This document shows positions 1 to 12,716 of a stretch of 64,000 bases of DNA, piece by piece. The notes beneath the pieces were generated by a model. It was not told the origin of the DNA, ran no database searches, and saw nothing but the letters and a program-made list of their open reading frames with translations. Position 1 is the stretch's first letter. The number at the start of each line of letters is the position of its first letter. The translations under genes were made by a program, and so were the position numbers. The DNA is from an uncultured Chloroflexia bacterium. GTDB taxonomy: Bacteria > Chloroflexota > Chloroflexia > Thermomicrobiales > UBA6265. Location: assembly GCA_963724295.1 (NCBI GenBank), contig CAVRUC010000007.1, positions 1-64,000 of the forward strand, read 5' to 3'.

Positions 1-553
1 CCGCGTGCTCGAGCCACTAGGCATCGAGAATATCGTGGCCGATCCCAACGGGCCCACCCTGGAGCGGGTCGCCCATCTCGCCGACACAAGCCATCCCGGA
101 ACGGATATCGAGTCTTACAACAGTGCGTATTGGCGCGGTCTAGCATTGCCATGGGGGGGACTTTTCGGCACGCCGCGTGATGCAGTCCGCTTTGCGGCCG
201 CGTTTCTGCCGTCCGGAGAGCGGGTGGTTTCGGAAGGTGCGACGTCGTTGATGACCACCGATCAGACCATGGGCGTCCCGGCGGTGTGGAAAGCGCGAAG
301 GTGCACTGGGATCCCGGGTCCTGGGGACTCGGCTGGAGGTCAAAGGGGGAAGCGCCGCCACTGGACCGGCGACTACACCTCGGTTCAGACATTCTGTCAT
401 TTCGGACATGCGGGAACGTTGCTGTGGGGCGACCCGGAACGCGATCTCGCGCTCGCCGTTTTCGCCAATCGCACGGTGACGCACATGTGGGGGTTCATCC
501 TCCCGCGGTGGCAGCGACTGAGCAATGCGGTGATTGCGGCGGTCAGCCCATGA
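1..553 (+). CDS. Serine hydrolase / beta-lactamase-family protein, C-terminal part (5' truncated by the window edge; internal indels)
   Basis: PWGGLFGTPRDAVRFAAAF, (W)GLGW, FCHFGHAGTLLWGDPERDLALAVFAN are typical of the family's C-terminus. GSWGLGW lies in another frame at ~280-350, implying compensating indels. Confidence 0.75.
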   Translation, partial: RVLEPLGIENIVADPNGPTLERVAHLADTSHPGTDIESYNSAYWRGLALPWGGLFGTPRDAVRFAAAFLPSGERVVSEGATSLMTTDQTMGVPAVWKARRCTGIPGPGDSAGGQRGKRRHWTGDYTSVQTFCHFGHAGTLLWGDPERDLALAVFANRTVTHMWGFILPRWQRLSNAVIAAVSP

Positions 554-624
554 TCGGCGTCGAGCCGGTTGATCAATTCTGGTACGGGTTCGTCGCATCC
601 GCTCCCCGCGGCGAGCCGCTCTGC

Positions 625-1116
625 GCGCGTCATGAATGAAGGGCGAATCGAGCAGGCCGGCACCCAGCTCGATATATACCTCCGCCACGTACCGAGTTCG
701 TAGCCGGGTTCGTCGGTGACAACAATCGATCCCGGGAGAGGTAGTCGGTATCGTCGAAGGCACGTCGGGTGAACCGGGTCTGGTTCACGTGCGGGGGGAG
801 GCATGCGCTACGGGAACCGGATCTCGGAAACGTACGCGTCGGCGACAACGTGCTGGCATTTGTGCGACCTAAAAACATCGAAGTGATGATGGACAGTGGC
901 CCCGCCGATGAGCCGAACCTCGTTCGCGGTCGCATCGACCAGATCGTTGTCGAAGGGCCGACCGTGCGACTGGTCGTTGATGCGGACGGCGTCCCGATCA
1001 AGGCGACGGCCGGCGGACTCGGGCGACTGACGCTTCTGGTTCAGGAGCGGCGCGATGTGCTGCTCAGGTTGCAAGAGGTCACGGTCGTTCGCGACGATCC
1101 GGCAATCGCGGCCTGA
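625..1116 (+). pseudogene. Fragment of a PotA/CysA/MalK-type ABC ATPase: post-ATPase linker and TOBE domain only, frameshifted
   Basis: Stitching frames gives RVMNEGRIEQAGTQLDIYLR-PRTEFVAGFVGDNN, then VRPKNIEV...VRGRIDQIVVEGPTVRLVV. No Walker A/B region upstream. Confidence 0.65.
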
Positions 1117-1129
1117 CGGCTCCGGTCTC

Positions 1130-1956
1130 TCACCCCAGTTCAGCACCATCCGCGCGCCAGGTGTCGAGAGCTCGTCGCACGTCCTCGATGGTCTGCCGAG
1201 GCAGGGAAATCACTGGCCAGTCCGCGACAACCGCTTCGGGTGACGCGTCGCTCTCTTGAAACGTGGTCAGTTGTGACCGGCTGAGCGGAGCAGCGACAAG
1301 ACCGGTCGCTGGGTGAACGGATAGGGCACGCGAAAATTCGCGGCGTCCTTGAGGATGTATTCGTCAAAGAGCAACGCGTTGGGGTTCTCCCGATCTGCCG
1401 ATCCGGTCGTGATCGCCTGTTTGCCAGGGCCGACTGTGTCCCAGATCAACGACGCCTGGGGATCATCGGCGAGCCGACGCTCAACCTCACAGGCGACAGC
1501 GCGGACGACGGCCCGCTCGAGCTCCCAGAGCGCGTCGTCTGCAAGATCACCGAGATCAGGAACATCCCACATCAGGTGAAACCCATCTGATCCCGAGAAC
1601 TTGACCAGCGCGTCGATGCATTGCTCAGCCAGGACGTCCGCGGCGTGAATCGCAGCCCGCTGCGCCATCTCCGTCGGCAGGTTGCGGGAGTCGATGTCGA
1701 TAACGAACCAGGCGCCCCGGTCCTCGGATCGGATGTGCGCGTGAAGACCGACCGTGTGCTGCCGCGCCCAGCTGAGCAAGGCATCGCGATCGGTAATGCG
1801 GATCCACGTGTCATTGCCACTACCACCCGTGTGACGGCGATAGACGATGTCCTTGCTGCTCGGAAATCGTTGCTCGATGGCAACTTGACGACCTTGCAGG
1901 AATGGCAGCATCCGGTCGGCAACGTTCGCGTAGTAGTCGAGGTACCTAGCCGCCAT
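1130..1956 (-). CDS. Stand-alone LigD-type primase-polymerase (AEP PolDom) protein; one frameshift near 1320
   Basis: YLDYYANVADRMLPFLQGR, motif I VIDID, motif II KFSGSDGFH, motif III LFD. Adding one base restores PYSVHPATGLVAAPL and reads to TGA at 1130. Confidence 0.75.
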
Positions 1957-2449
1957 GATTCTCTCTCTTTGGCACTGGGCTGCCATCGACCGGCGGAGGC
2001 GCTGCATCGAGATTCCGAGGTCCAAACGCTTGCGGTAGGAGCTCATCGAGCCAAATCGGATCACCTGATTGGCGATCGTCGAGGATGATCACCAGGTCTG
2101 AACTGTCTGACCGAAACTCGTTGAGGAATTGCCGGCACGCGCCACAGGGCGTTGTACGCGCAACCTTCGGCGCCGACACAGCAACCGCGATGATCTGTCG
2201 GTGACCAGAACTGACCGCGGCGGTCGCGGCCACGCGCTCGGCGCAGATCGTCAACCCGTAGCTTGCATTCTCGACGTTGCAGCCGGTGTGAATCGACCCA
2301 TCCGCGGCCAGCACGGCCGCACCCACCGGGAACCCGGAGTACGGCACATAGGCCTGATTCGCCGCGGCCCGGGCGCGGGCCAACAATTCATTCTGCACGT
2401 TGGAGTCGATCGAAGGGCTGTCTTGTGATCCCACGGTTCGATACCTCAA
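1946..2449 (-). CDS. cdd: Cytidine deaminase
   Basis: AYVPYSGFPVGAA, GCNVENASYGLTICAER, PCGACRQ, LLPQAF. Confidence 0.93.
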   Translation of the reverse strand: MRYRTVGSQDSPSIDSNVQNELLARARAAANQAYVPYSGFPVGAAVLAADGSIHTGCNVENASYGLTICAERVAATAAVSSGHRQIIAVAVSAPKVARTTPCGACRQFLNEFRSDSSDLVIILDDRQSGDPIWLDELLPQAFGPRNLDAAPPPVDGSPVPKRENHGG

Positions 2450-2499
2450 CGATCATTTTCTGGAGCGAGCGCTACTTCGCCTGGCAGGCTCACACTATC

Positions 2500-3054
2500 T
2501 CATTCAGCTCTGGCCGCGTCTGCTGGACCTCGAACTTCCCGCAGCTCCGTCGCGAGCGTGTCCGATTCTCGCAAGTACTGTGCTCGCCAGGCTGCTTCAA
2601 GCGCTGCGTCAACCTGTACGAATGTCGCGGTTGCGGTTGCGACTGGCGAGCCGTCGCTTTCAACCGCGAGCTCACCGGCAGTGGTGACAAGGCGTCCCCG
2701 AACTCCGCTCAGACGCGCGGTGACGACAGATGGCTCGCCGATGTAAAGGGGGCGGCGGAACCTGACACGCATGTCGCCGGTCATCGCCCAGAACCCGGCG
2801 TGGGCGGTGGCCCAGGCCATTGCCTCGTCGAGGATGGTGGAGATGATGCCGCCGTGGACGATTTTGCCGTAGCCCTGATGGTCGGAGCTGGGAACGAACG
2901 ATGCTCTCACCGCGTCCCCGTCAGTCGCAAACCGCAAGTGCAACCCGATTGGGTTGTCATCGCCGCAGCCGAAGCAGCCGTGATCCGAGCGGACGATGGC
3001 TAGCGGATCGAGCGTCTCTGACTCCGGGGTATCAGCCATTGGCCTGGGCTCCAT
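2500..3054 (-). CDS. PaaI-family (hot-dog fold) thioesterase
   Basis: CFGCGDDNPIGLHL, HQGYGKIVHGGIISTILDEAM. Confidence 0.88.
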   Translation of the reverse strand: MEPRPMADTPESETLDPLAIVRSDHGCFGCGDDNPIGLHLRFATDGDAVRASFVPSSDHQGYGKIVHGGIISTILDEAMAWATAHAGFWAMTGDMRVRFRRPLYIGEPSVVTARLSGVRGRLVTTAGELAVESDGSPVATATATFVQVDAALEAAWRAQYLRESDTLATELREVRGPADAARAE

Positions 3055-3219
3055 TTCCGCCTAATGCGTAACAGTGGCCGGCCCGGACGTGCAGTAAGTG
3101 CCCGATGCCAGGATGCTGCACCGGATGTCGACCGGCGAAGCACGGACGGCTGGCGTTACGAAGCGACGCACTCTAAACTTTACCAAGAACTCAAGAATAT
3201 CGTGGACGTGGAGCCAGAC

Positions 3220-4395
3220 ATGCCAACCTACCAGGAAATGCTCGAGCAAAAGCGCGCCAGCGTGCGCGAGGTTGACGCCCGGGAGTCGGCGCGTCTCCGC
3301 GAGCAAGGAGCGATTCTCGTCGATATCCGCGAGCAAGACGAGGTCGATCAGGGGATTATCCCCGGGGCCGTGCATATCCCTCGCGGATTCCTCGAGATGA
3401 GGATTGAAGAGACGATTCGCGACCGCGACACACCGGTCATCGTCTATTGCGCTGGTGGTGTCCGTTCCATCTTCGGCGCCGAGGCGCTCAGTGACCTGGG
3501 CTATCGCGACGTCGCCTCGATGGCGGGCGGATTCAGCGGCTGGAAGGCGACGGGACTGCCCTGGCGCGTACCGCAGTCGCTAGGTCCCGATCAGCGGCGT
3601 CGGTACAGCCGCCATTTGCTCATTCCCGAGGTTGGTGAGGAGGGCCAGCGCAAGCTGCTCGACGCCAAAGTGCTTCTGGTGGGGGCAGGCGGGCTTGGTT
3701 CGCCCGCGGCACTCTATCTTGCCGCTGCTGGAGTCGGAACTCTTGGGGTCGTGGACGCCGATATCGTCGACGATTCGAATCTCCAACGGCAGGTGATCCA
3801 TACCACCGAGCGAGTTGGCATGCCGAAGGTCGAATCGGCACGGATCGCGATTGAAGCATTGAATCCGGACGTGAACGTCGTGAAGCACGAGACCCGGCTC
3901 GACCAGAGCAACGTGCTGGATATTTTTGCCGAGTACGATGTCATTCTCGACGGCACCGACAACTTCGCAACCCGATATCTGATCAACGACGCGTGCGTAC
4001 TGCTCGACAAGCCAAACGCGCACGGGAGCATCTTCCGATTCGAGGGGCAGGCGACGACGTTCATTCCGCACCAGGGGCCGTGCTATCGCTGTCTCTTCCC
4101 CACGCCACCACCGCCTGAGCTGGCCCCAAGCTGCGCCGAGGCTGGGGTGCTGGGACTCCTGCCTGGCACGATCGGGATCATTCAGGCGACTGAGACCGCG
4201 AAGCTGATCCTCGGCATCGGCGAGCCACTTGTCGGCCGGCTGCTGACCTACGACGCGCTGGAGATGGAGTTCCGCGAACTTCGCCTTACCCGCGATCCGG
4301 AGTGTCCGATGTGTGGGCCTGGCGCACCGACATCACTGGACGAGATCGAGTACACGGATGTCGGCTGCCTGATTCCGGCGCTCGCCGTGCACTAG
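3220..4395 (+). CDS. moeB: MoeB/ThiF-family adenylyltransferase with N-terminal rhodanese domain
   Basis: Rhodanese YCAGGVRS, then RYSRHL, VLLVGAGGLGSP, SNLQRQ, PCYRC and CPMC zinc motifs. Confidence 0.88.
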   Translation: MPTYQEMLEQKRASVREVDARESARLREQGAILVDIREQDEVDQGIIPGAVHIPRGFLEMRIEETIRDRDTPVIVYCAGGVRSIFGAEALSDLGYRDVASMAGGFSGWKATGLPWRVPQSLGPDQRRRYSRHLLIPEVGEEGQRKLLDAKVLLVGAGGLGSPAALYLAAAGVGTLGVVDADIVDDSNLQRQVIHTTERVGMPKVESARIAIEALNPDVNVVKHETRLDQSNVLDIFAEYDVILDGTDNFATRYLINDACVLLDKPNAHGSIFRFEGQATTFIPHQGPCYRCLFPTPPPPELAPSCAEAGVLGLLPGTIGIIQATETAKLILGIGEPLVGRLLTYDALEMEFRELRLTRDPECPMCGPGAPTSLDEIEYTDVGCLIPALAVH

Positions 4396-4425
4396 CGGAT
4401 CGTCAACCGTTAGCCTGATTGGCTG

Positions 4426-5481
4426 TCAGCCAAGACCAATACCCATGCGATCCCGTACCTGAGCCATCTTGAACGTGGCTCGGGCGCGGGCGCGTTCGGC
4501 GCCATCCTCGAGGATCGTCCGGGCGACGTCCGGGTCATCATTCAATTCGGCAAGCCGGTTCTGAATTGGCGCGAGCGACGAAACGACAATTTCGGCCAGA
4601 TCGCTCTTGAAGGCCCCATAGCCCTTTCCGGTGTACCGGTCCTCGATCGCAGAAATCGAATCACCGCTGAGAAGGCTGTAGATCGTCAGCAGATTCGTCA
4701 GCGCCGGTTTGTCGGGCGAGGCGATGACGTCGCTTCCGGAATCGGTGACCGCCCGCCGGATCTTGCGACGAATCGTATCGGCATCATCTGTCAGTGCGAT
4801 CGTGGCGTTCGGATTTGCATCGCTCTTGCTCATCTTTCTGGTGGGGTCTTCGAGCGACATGACCCTGGCGCCGGCAGTCTTGATGTCCGGTTGAGGCAGG
4901 ACAAAGGTCTCGCCGTAGCGCGCGTTGAAGCGAGCGGCGATGTCGCGTGTTAGCTCGATATGCTGCTTCTGGTCGTCGCCGACGGGCACCCGATTCGTGT
5001 CGTAGAGCAAAATGTCCGCCGCTTGCAGAACCGGGTAGAAGAGCAGGGCAGCGCTGACTTGCTCGTCTTTGCCGCCGGCCTTGTCCTTGAACTGCGTCAT
5101 GCGACGGAGCTCGCCGTACTGCGTCACCGAGCTCAGTAGCCAGCAGAGCTCGGTGTGCTCATGAACGTCCGATTGAATGAAAATGATGGATTGGGACGGG
5201 TCCAAACCCGAGGCTAGCAGGACATTGGCGAGACCAAGGATGTTGGCCCGTAGGGATTCTTTCGTGGTTGGCTGGGACAGCGCGTGAAGATCCACGATGC
5301 AGAAGACGTTGTCGAACTCCGCTTGCTGATCGACCCAGTTTCGAATAGCCCCGAGGTAATTTCCGAGATGGAAGTTGCCGGTCGGTTGAATCCCTGAAAA
5401 GACCCGCAGGCGAGTTGTGGGGCCGACCGCGATCGATTCGTCTGTCAACTTCACATCGCCGGTTGCACGTACGGTAACCAC
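4426..5481 (-). CDS. trpS: Tryptophanyl-tRNA synthetase
   Basis: FSGIQPTGNFHLGNYLGA, VPVGDDQKQH, KMSKS. GTG start after GGAGG. Confidence 0.96.
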   Translation of the reverse strand: MVTVRATGDVKLTDESIAVGPTTRLRVFSGIQPTGNFHLGNYLGAIRNWVDQQAEFDNVFCIVDLHALSQPTTKESLRANILGLANVLLASGLDPSQSIIFIQSDVHEHTELCWLLSSVTQYGELRRMTQFKDKAGGKDEQVSAALLFYPVLQAADILLYDTNRVPVGDDQKQHIELTRDIAARFNARYGETFVLPQPDIKTAGARVMSLEDPTRKMSKSDANPNATIALTDDADTIRRKIRRAVTDSGSDVIASPDKPALTNLLTIYSLLSGDSISAIEDRYTGKGYGAFKSDLAEIVVSSLAPIQNRLAELNDDPDVARTILEDGAERARARATFKMAQVRDRMGIGLG

Positions 5482-5599
5482 GATTCCTCCCCGTACCAGC
5501 TTCCCGCTCATGACTTGCATTCGCGAGGATTATAGGCAGGCACACGAGGCCATGATGACCCCCGTGTGGCGCGTCGGCGCTGCGAATGGACTCGGGTGC

Positions 5600-5932
5600 C
5601 TAGGGAGCGGTAGCCGTTTCCGTGAGCCAGGACAGACCGAACTCGCGCATGCTCTCGATGACGCCAAGCAGTGCGAATCCTTTGTCGGTCAGCCGGTACT
5701 CCACGCGCGGCGGCATTTCCGCAAAACACGACCTGGTCACGACTCCAGCCTCTTCCAGACGACGCAAGCGATCTGAGAGCGTCTTCGGGCTGATCCCGCC
5801 GAGCGACCGCTGCAGCTCGCTGAAGCGCCGGCAACCGGGCGCCAGATCGCGCACGATCAGCGGCGTCCAACGATCGCCGATCAAAGTTGCCGTGCGCTCG
5901 ATTGGGCAGCATGCGCTGAGGGTATGTCCCAT
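5600..5932 (-). CDS. HxlR-family winged-helix transcriptional regulator
   Basis: CPIERTATLIGDRWT, RRFSELQRSLGGISPKTLSDRLRRLE, PPRVEYRLT. Confidence 0.92.
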   Translation of the reverse strand: MGHTLSACCPIERTATLIGDRWTPLIVRDLAPGCRRFSELQRSLGGISPKTLSDRLRRLEEAGVVTRSCFAEMPPRVEYRLTDKGFALLGVIESMREFGLSWLTETATAP

Positions 5933-6102
5933 TGCAGTCCCGGCGGGAAGAGTTCCAAACCGTGCGAGCCAACTGGCGAACCTATGACCCGCGAAACCAC
6001 GTCCGAGCTACGATAGCATGCCGCCGACTGCGCCGAAGACGATGCTCGCCACGGTGCACAAGTCGATCTGCTCTTGGTGCATTCGAGTCCGGAAGGAATG
6101 AT

Positions 6103-6693
6103 GTGAGCAGAGGTGTTTGGACCCGGAAGCTACCAATTGCCGAGAGCCGGATTCGGGTCACGTCGCCGGTTCTTCTGGGAGTGGTGGCCGACACACACAT
6201 CTCCCCGACTCGGACAGGGCGTTCGTTGGATCGAGTCAACGAGTTCTTTCGGCGGGCGCGCGTCGGGCTCATCCTGCATGCCGGAGATGCCGGTCACGCC
6301 TCGGTGCTCGAGAGCCTGGAGCACGTGGCGCCGACTGTTGCGGTGCGCGGCAACGCGGACCCGCTCGATCTGATCGAGACGCTGCCCGATCGTGTCTGGA
6401 TTGAGGCGGGTTCGCGCACGGTGCTCTTGTTGCACGGACACCACGGCAAGACGGCGCTCAAGGCGGCCCGTGCCGCTGCCTCTGCTGAGATCGACCTGAT
6501 CGTGTTTGGGCATAGCCACAAACCGCTCATCGACCAGGAAGGACGCACGATTCTCTTCAATCCAGGCTCGCCGACGGAGCGCCGCTGGAATCCGCACTTC
6601 GGCGTCGGTCTGGTTCGAGTCTCGGATGCCGAAGTCGAGCCGGAGCTCGTCCTGTTTGACGACATTCGCCACCTGGAGAATATCGCCCTCTGA
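6103..6693 (+). CDS. YfcE/MJ0936-family metallophosphoesterase
   Basis: ADTH, HAGD, VRGNAD, HGH, FGHSH, NPGS motifs. Start codon uncertain. Confidence 0.88.
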   Translation: MSRGVWTRKLPIAESRIRVTSPVLLGVVADTHISPTRTGRSLDRVNEFFRRARVGLILHAGDAGHASVLESLEHVAPTVAVRGNADPLDLIETLPDRVWIEAGSRTVLLLHGHHGKTALKAARAAASAEIDLIVFGHSHKPLIDQEGRTILFNPGSPTERRWNPHFGVGLVRVSDAEVEPELVLFDDIRHLENIAL

Positions 6694-6926
6694 CGTAGCG
6701 GCCGCGTTCAGTGACTGTGGTCTCCGGCGGGTTTCAGGGCACCCAGATTGAGCGGGGCGCAGTCACCGGTGGCCTCAACGTCGTACGGCATGCGGCATGA
6801 CTCACGCGGCGATACTCCTATTTGCGTTCGACGAGGCGGTGAATCTAGCATGCTGCCGCCGGGTCGTCGCCCAGCGACGCGTCCGAAAGTCCCGCCAAGC
6901 AAATGCACGCCGCTGGAGCTCGCTTC

Positions 6927-8066
6927 ATGTCAGTCAATTTTCGTCTACCGGGTCCCACGCCCTTGCCGCCGCAGGTGGTTGCCGCGCTGGGGCGCGAGAT
7001 GATCCCGCATCGAGGACCCGCATTCAGAGCTCTGTACAGCGAGACGCTCGAGCTGGCGCGAGAGATCCATCGCACCGACGGCGATGTTCTGACGTGGGCC
7101 GCCACGGGCTCGGCTGGCTGGGAAGTCGCCGTGGTGAATCTCCTCTCGCCGGGCGATCCCGTCCTGGTCGGAGTCAACGGAAACTTCGGGGAGCGGTTTG
7201 CCGGCGTTGCCGGCCGCCTCGGAATTGACACGCGGCGCCTCGACGTCGAGTGGGGAGAGGCGATTCTGCCCGCGCAACTCCAATCGGCGCTCGAAACGCA
7301 TCCCGACGTAAAGGCGGTGTTTCTCGTCCATAACGAGACATCGACTGGTGTCACCAACCCGTTGCGCGAGCTGGCCGCGATCGTGCGCGAACACGGCGCG
7401 CTCGTCGTGGTCGACGCCGTGAGCGCCGCGGGGGCCTTGCCACTGGAGGTTGATGCATGGGGCGTCGACTTCGTTTTTTCCGGATCACAGAAGGCGTGGA
7501 TGTGTCCACCCGGACTCTTGATCGTCGCCGCCGGGCCGCGGGCATGGGCGGCGCACCAACGGTCCGGCTACCCGCGGTTCTTTTGGGACATGAGCGAAGT
7601 CAAGAAAGCGGCGGATCAGGGCATGACTCCGACCACGCCGCCGCTATCCATGATCTACGCGTTCCGGGCGGCGCTGGCGATGATCGCCGGCGAAGGCATC
7701 GAGCAGGTCTGGGATCGCCACCGACATTTAGGATCTCTGACGCGGGAGGGCATCACGGGCGCCGGGTTACGGGTGTTTGCGCAGCCCGGGTTCGAAAGTG
7801 ACTCGGTCACCGCGTTTGAGCCGCCCGCGGATGTCACCGCCGGCGAATTGCTGGCGATGCTACGCCGCGACTACGGCGTCGAGGCTCAGGGCGGACAAGG
7901 GCACCTGGCTGACCGCCTGATCCGAGTCGGACATATGGGGTGGGTGCACGAGCCCGAGATGCGGCAGGCAATCAATGCCATAGTCGAGGCGTGCGCCCGG
8001 CTCTCATCGACTCCCCGCGAATCAGCGGATGTCGACCCACTGACAGCAAAGACCGCCACGGCGTAG
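6927..8066 (+). CDS. Class V PLP aminotransferase (alanine-glyoxylate / serine-pyruvate type)
   Basis: PGPTPLP, HNETSTGV, VDAVS, SGSQKAW (PLP lysine), RVGHMG. Confidence 0.92.
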   Translation: MSVNFRLPGPTPLPPQVVAALGREMIPHRGPAFRALYSETLELAREIHRTDGDVLTWAATGSAGWEVAVVNLLSPGDPVLVGVNGNFGERFAGVAGRLGIDTRRLDVEWGEAILPAQLQSALETHPDVKAVFLVHNETSTGVTNPLRELAAIVREHGALVVVDAVSAAGALPLEVDAWGVDFVFSGSQKAWMCPPGLLIVAAGPRAWAAHQRSGYPRFFWDMSEVKKAADQGMTPTTPPLSMIYAFRAALAMIAGEGIEQVWDRHRHLGSLTREGITGAGLRVFAQPGFESDSVTAFEPPADVTAGELLAMLRRDYGVEAQGGQGHLADRLIRVGHMGWVHEPEMRQAINAIVEACARLSSTPRESADVDPLTAKTATA

Positions 8067-8096
8067 TTGCGTCGGTTCTTGCCAAGTCGCTATACT
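8067..8096 (+). promoter_or_regulatory. Putative sigma70 promoter of rpsA
   Basis: TTGCGT-18 bp-TATACT upstream of rpsA. Confidence 0.45.
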
Positions 8097-8183
8097 AATC
8101 GTTCTGGCTTTCCGAACTGGCTGACCCTGATGTGGGGGATAGCTCCGGGAAGCTTGCGGCATGTTCGGATTCTGGAAGGCCAT

Positions 8184-9908
8184 ATGGACGGTACAGACGT
8201 GAGCGAGCAGACGAACCAAACAGCGGTGGAAGAGGCCGTGCCGCAAGGTGTGGCTGCCGACGTCACCGCGTCCGCTGTCGAAGTGGCCGAAGGATCTGCC
8301 GAATCCGCCGTCAGCACGGAAACTGCGTCCGACCCAGCCGTCACTACTGAAGACGGTGAGCTCGACACGGCCTCGCTCATGGAACAGTTTCTCAACGACC
8401 CCAGCCACGACTATAAGAGTCTGAAGTATGGGGACGTCATGGACGGGGTGATCATGCACCTCGACCGTGAGGAGATTCTGGTCGACATCGGCTCGAAGTC
8501 TGAAGGCATCGTCCCCTCGCGGGAGTACTCGAGTCTGTCCTCTGACGAGCGACAGGCCCTGGCAGTCGGCGACACCATCCTCGTCTTCGTGGTCCAGCCG
8601 GAAAACCAAGAGGGTCACGCCGTAGTCAGCATCGACCGGGCGCGGCAAGAGAAGAGCTGGCGCCGGTTGCAGGAGCTCCACGAGGCCAACGAGGTCATCG
8701 AGGCCGAGGTTACCAATTACAACAAGGGCGGCCTGCTGGTAAACCTGGACGGCGTGCGTGGCTTCGTACCGGCTTCACAGGTCACCGAGATCCGAGGCGG
8801 CGACGAGGCTAGCAAGCAGGCCGACATGGCGCGCCTGATCGGCAGCTCGCTGCCCTTGAAGGTGATCGAGATCAACCGGCACCGAAATCGTCTCATCCTC
8901 TCCGAGCGCCAGGCGGTGCAGGAGCGGCGAGACGTCATGAAGGAACGATTGATCGACGAGCTGAGCGAGGGCGAAGTCCGCAAGGGTCGCGTCTCCTCGA
9001 TCTGCGACTTCGGCGCCTTCGTTGACATTGGCGGAGCGGATGGACTCGTCCATCTTTCCGAGCTGTCCTGGAGCCGGGTCCGGCATCCAAGCGAAGTGCT
9101 GCGAGTCGGCCAGGAAGTCGACGTCTACGTCCTGGGCATCAACGCTCAAGAAAAGAAGATCGCGCTTTCGATCAAGCGCACCCAGGCCGAACCGTGGAGC
9201 CGAGTGGCGGCGGCCTATGAGGTCGGCCAGCTTGTTCGCGGGACGGTGACTCAACTCGCCAACTTCGGAGCGTTCGCGCGAATCGAGGACGGCATCGAAG
9301 GACTCATCCACGTCTCCGAGCTCGTTGATGATCGGGTGTCGCATCCCAAGCAGGTTGTCTCCGAAGGCGATGATCTGCTCTTGCGGATCATTCGGATCGA
9401 TCCGCAGCGACGACGCATGGGTCTTAGCTTGCGTCGGGCCCTCGATACGCCTGACGCCGAGCTCGAAGGCGTGTTCGGAGCGGAGGCGCTGCGAGAGCGG
9501 GATGAGCTGATCGAGCGCATCCGAGTTCGCCTCGAGGCCGAAGGGATCGAACTTGGCGACGCGTTCTCCGGCGAGGCCTCCGAGACGTCAGAAGAGGAGT
9601 CGCCGGAATCGGCTGAGGTTGACAGCCCGGGCGCGACAGTTTCCGAGGTGACGGCCGAACCACGGGGCGAGGAGGAAGAAGCGGCAGCCGCGGCCCCCGC
9701 GTCGGCGCCGCGACAAGCGGCTCAACCAAAGCCGCGCAAGGAACCGTCTCGACCAGCGGTCGATCTTCCCGAGGACCTCGATGGCGAGCTGTCCGCAATG
9801 GCCATGGCTTTCGCTATGGCTGGTGCGCCCGCCGACCTGGTAGCGGAGGCATCTGGTGAGGGCGAGACGGACGCGTCGGCGGACGGCGAGGGAGGAGCGA
9901 CCGAGTAA
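8184..9908 (+). CDS. rpsA: 30S ribosomal protein S1 (four S1 domains, long acidic N- and C-terminal extensions)
   Basis: LVDIGSKSEG, NKGGLLV, FGAFVDIGGADGLVHLSELSW, FGAFARIEDGIEGLIHVSEL. Confidence 0.95.
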   Translation: MDGTDVSEQTNQTAVEEAVPQGVAADVTASAVEVAEGSAESAVSTETASDPAVTTEDGELDTASLMEQFLNDPSHDYKSLKYGDVMDGVIMHLDREEILVDIGSKSEGIVPSREYSSLSSDERQALAVGDTILVFVVQPENQEGHAVVSIDRARQEKSWRRLQELHEANEVIEAEVTNYNKGGLLVNLDGVRGFVPASQVTEIRGGDEASKQADMARLIGSSLPLKVIEINRHRNRLILSERQAVQERRDVMKERLIDELSEGEVRKGRVSSICDFGAFVDIGGADGLVHLSELSWSRVRHPSEVLRVGQEVDVYVLGINAQEKKIALSIKRTQAEPWSRVAAAYEVGQLVRGTVTQLANFGAFARIEDGIEGLIHVSELVDDRVSHPKQVVSEGDDLLLRIIRIDPQRRRMGLSLRRALDTPDAELEGVFGAEALRERDELIERIRVRLEAEGIELGDAFSGEASETSEEESPESAEVDSPGATVSEVTAEPRGEEEEAAAAAPASAPRQAAQPKPRKEPSRPAVDLPEDLDGELSAMAMAFAMAGAPADLVAEASGEGETDASADGEGGATE

Positions 9909-9977
9909 GGTCGACTCAGGTCTCAGCTGGCGTAGGTTGACAACGAACTTTCTGTAGATTCAGTACATCAAGAGCGC

Positions 9978-10002
9978 GCGGCAGGCTATCCTGGCCTGCC
10001 GC
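9978..10002 (+). terminator. Stem-loop after rpsA
   Basis: GCGGCAGGC-7 nt-GCCTGCCGC perfect inverted repeat; weak U tract. Confidence 0.45.
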
Positions 10003-10149
10003 TTGCGCATACGCTGGAACATGTAAGGGGCGCGCGGCGTTGCTAGTAGTGCATAGCGCGCAAGACACCCTTACCTGGGACGACTATCATAGAGGCAACA
10101 ACGGTGGTGGCGGCATCGCCGCTAGCCGAGGGCGACGGGAGATCCACGG

Positions 10150-12615
<2,466 letters not shown>

Positions 12616-12640
12616 CCCGCTGTACAGCGCAATGTGTATC

Positions 12641-12668
12641 GATGGGGCGGCCAGGTGGCCGCCCCATC
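12641..12668 (+). terminator. Perfect hairpin between clpC and radA
   Basis: GATGGGGCGGCC-AGGT-GGCCGCCCCATC; no U tract, so may be a stabiliser or pause site. Confidence 0.45.
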
Positions 12669-12716
12669 CCGTCAGACTCGCAATGGTGCTGCCGTCGTCG
12701 AACTAGCGAGGACATC

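Noticed and set aside
9909..10149. CtsR, HrcA or HspR operator before clpC
   Set aside because: No matching repeat found.
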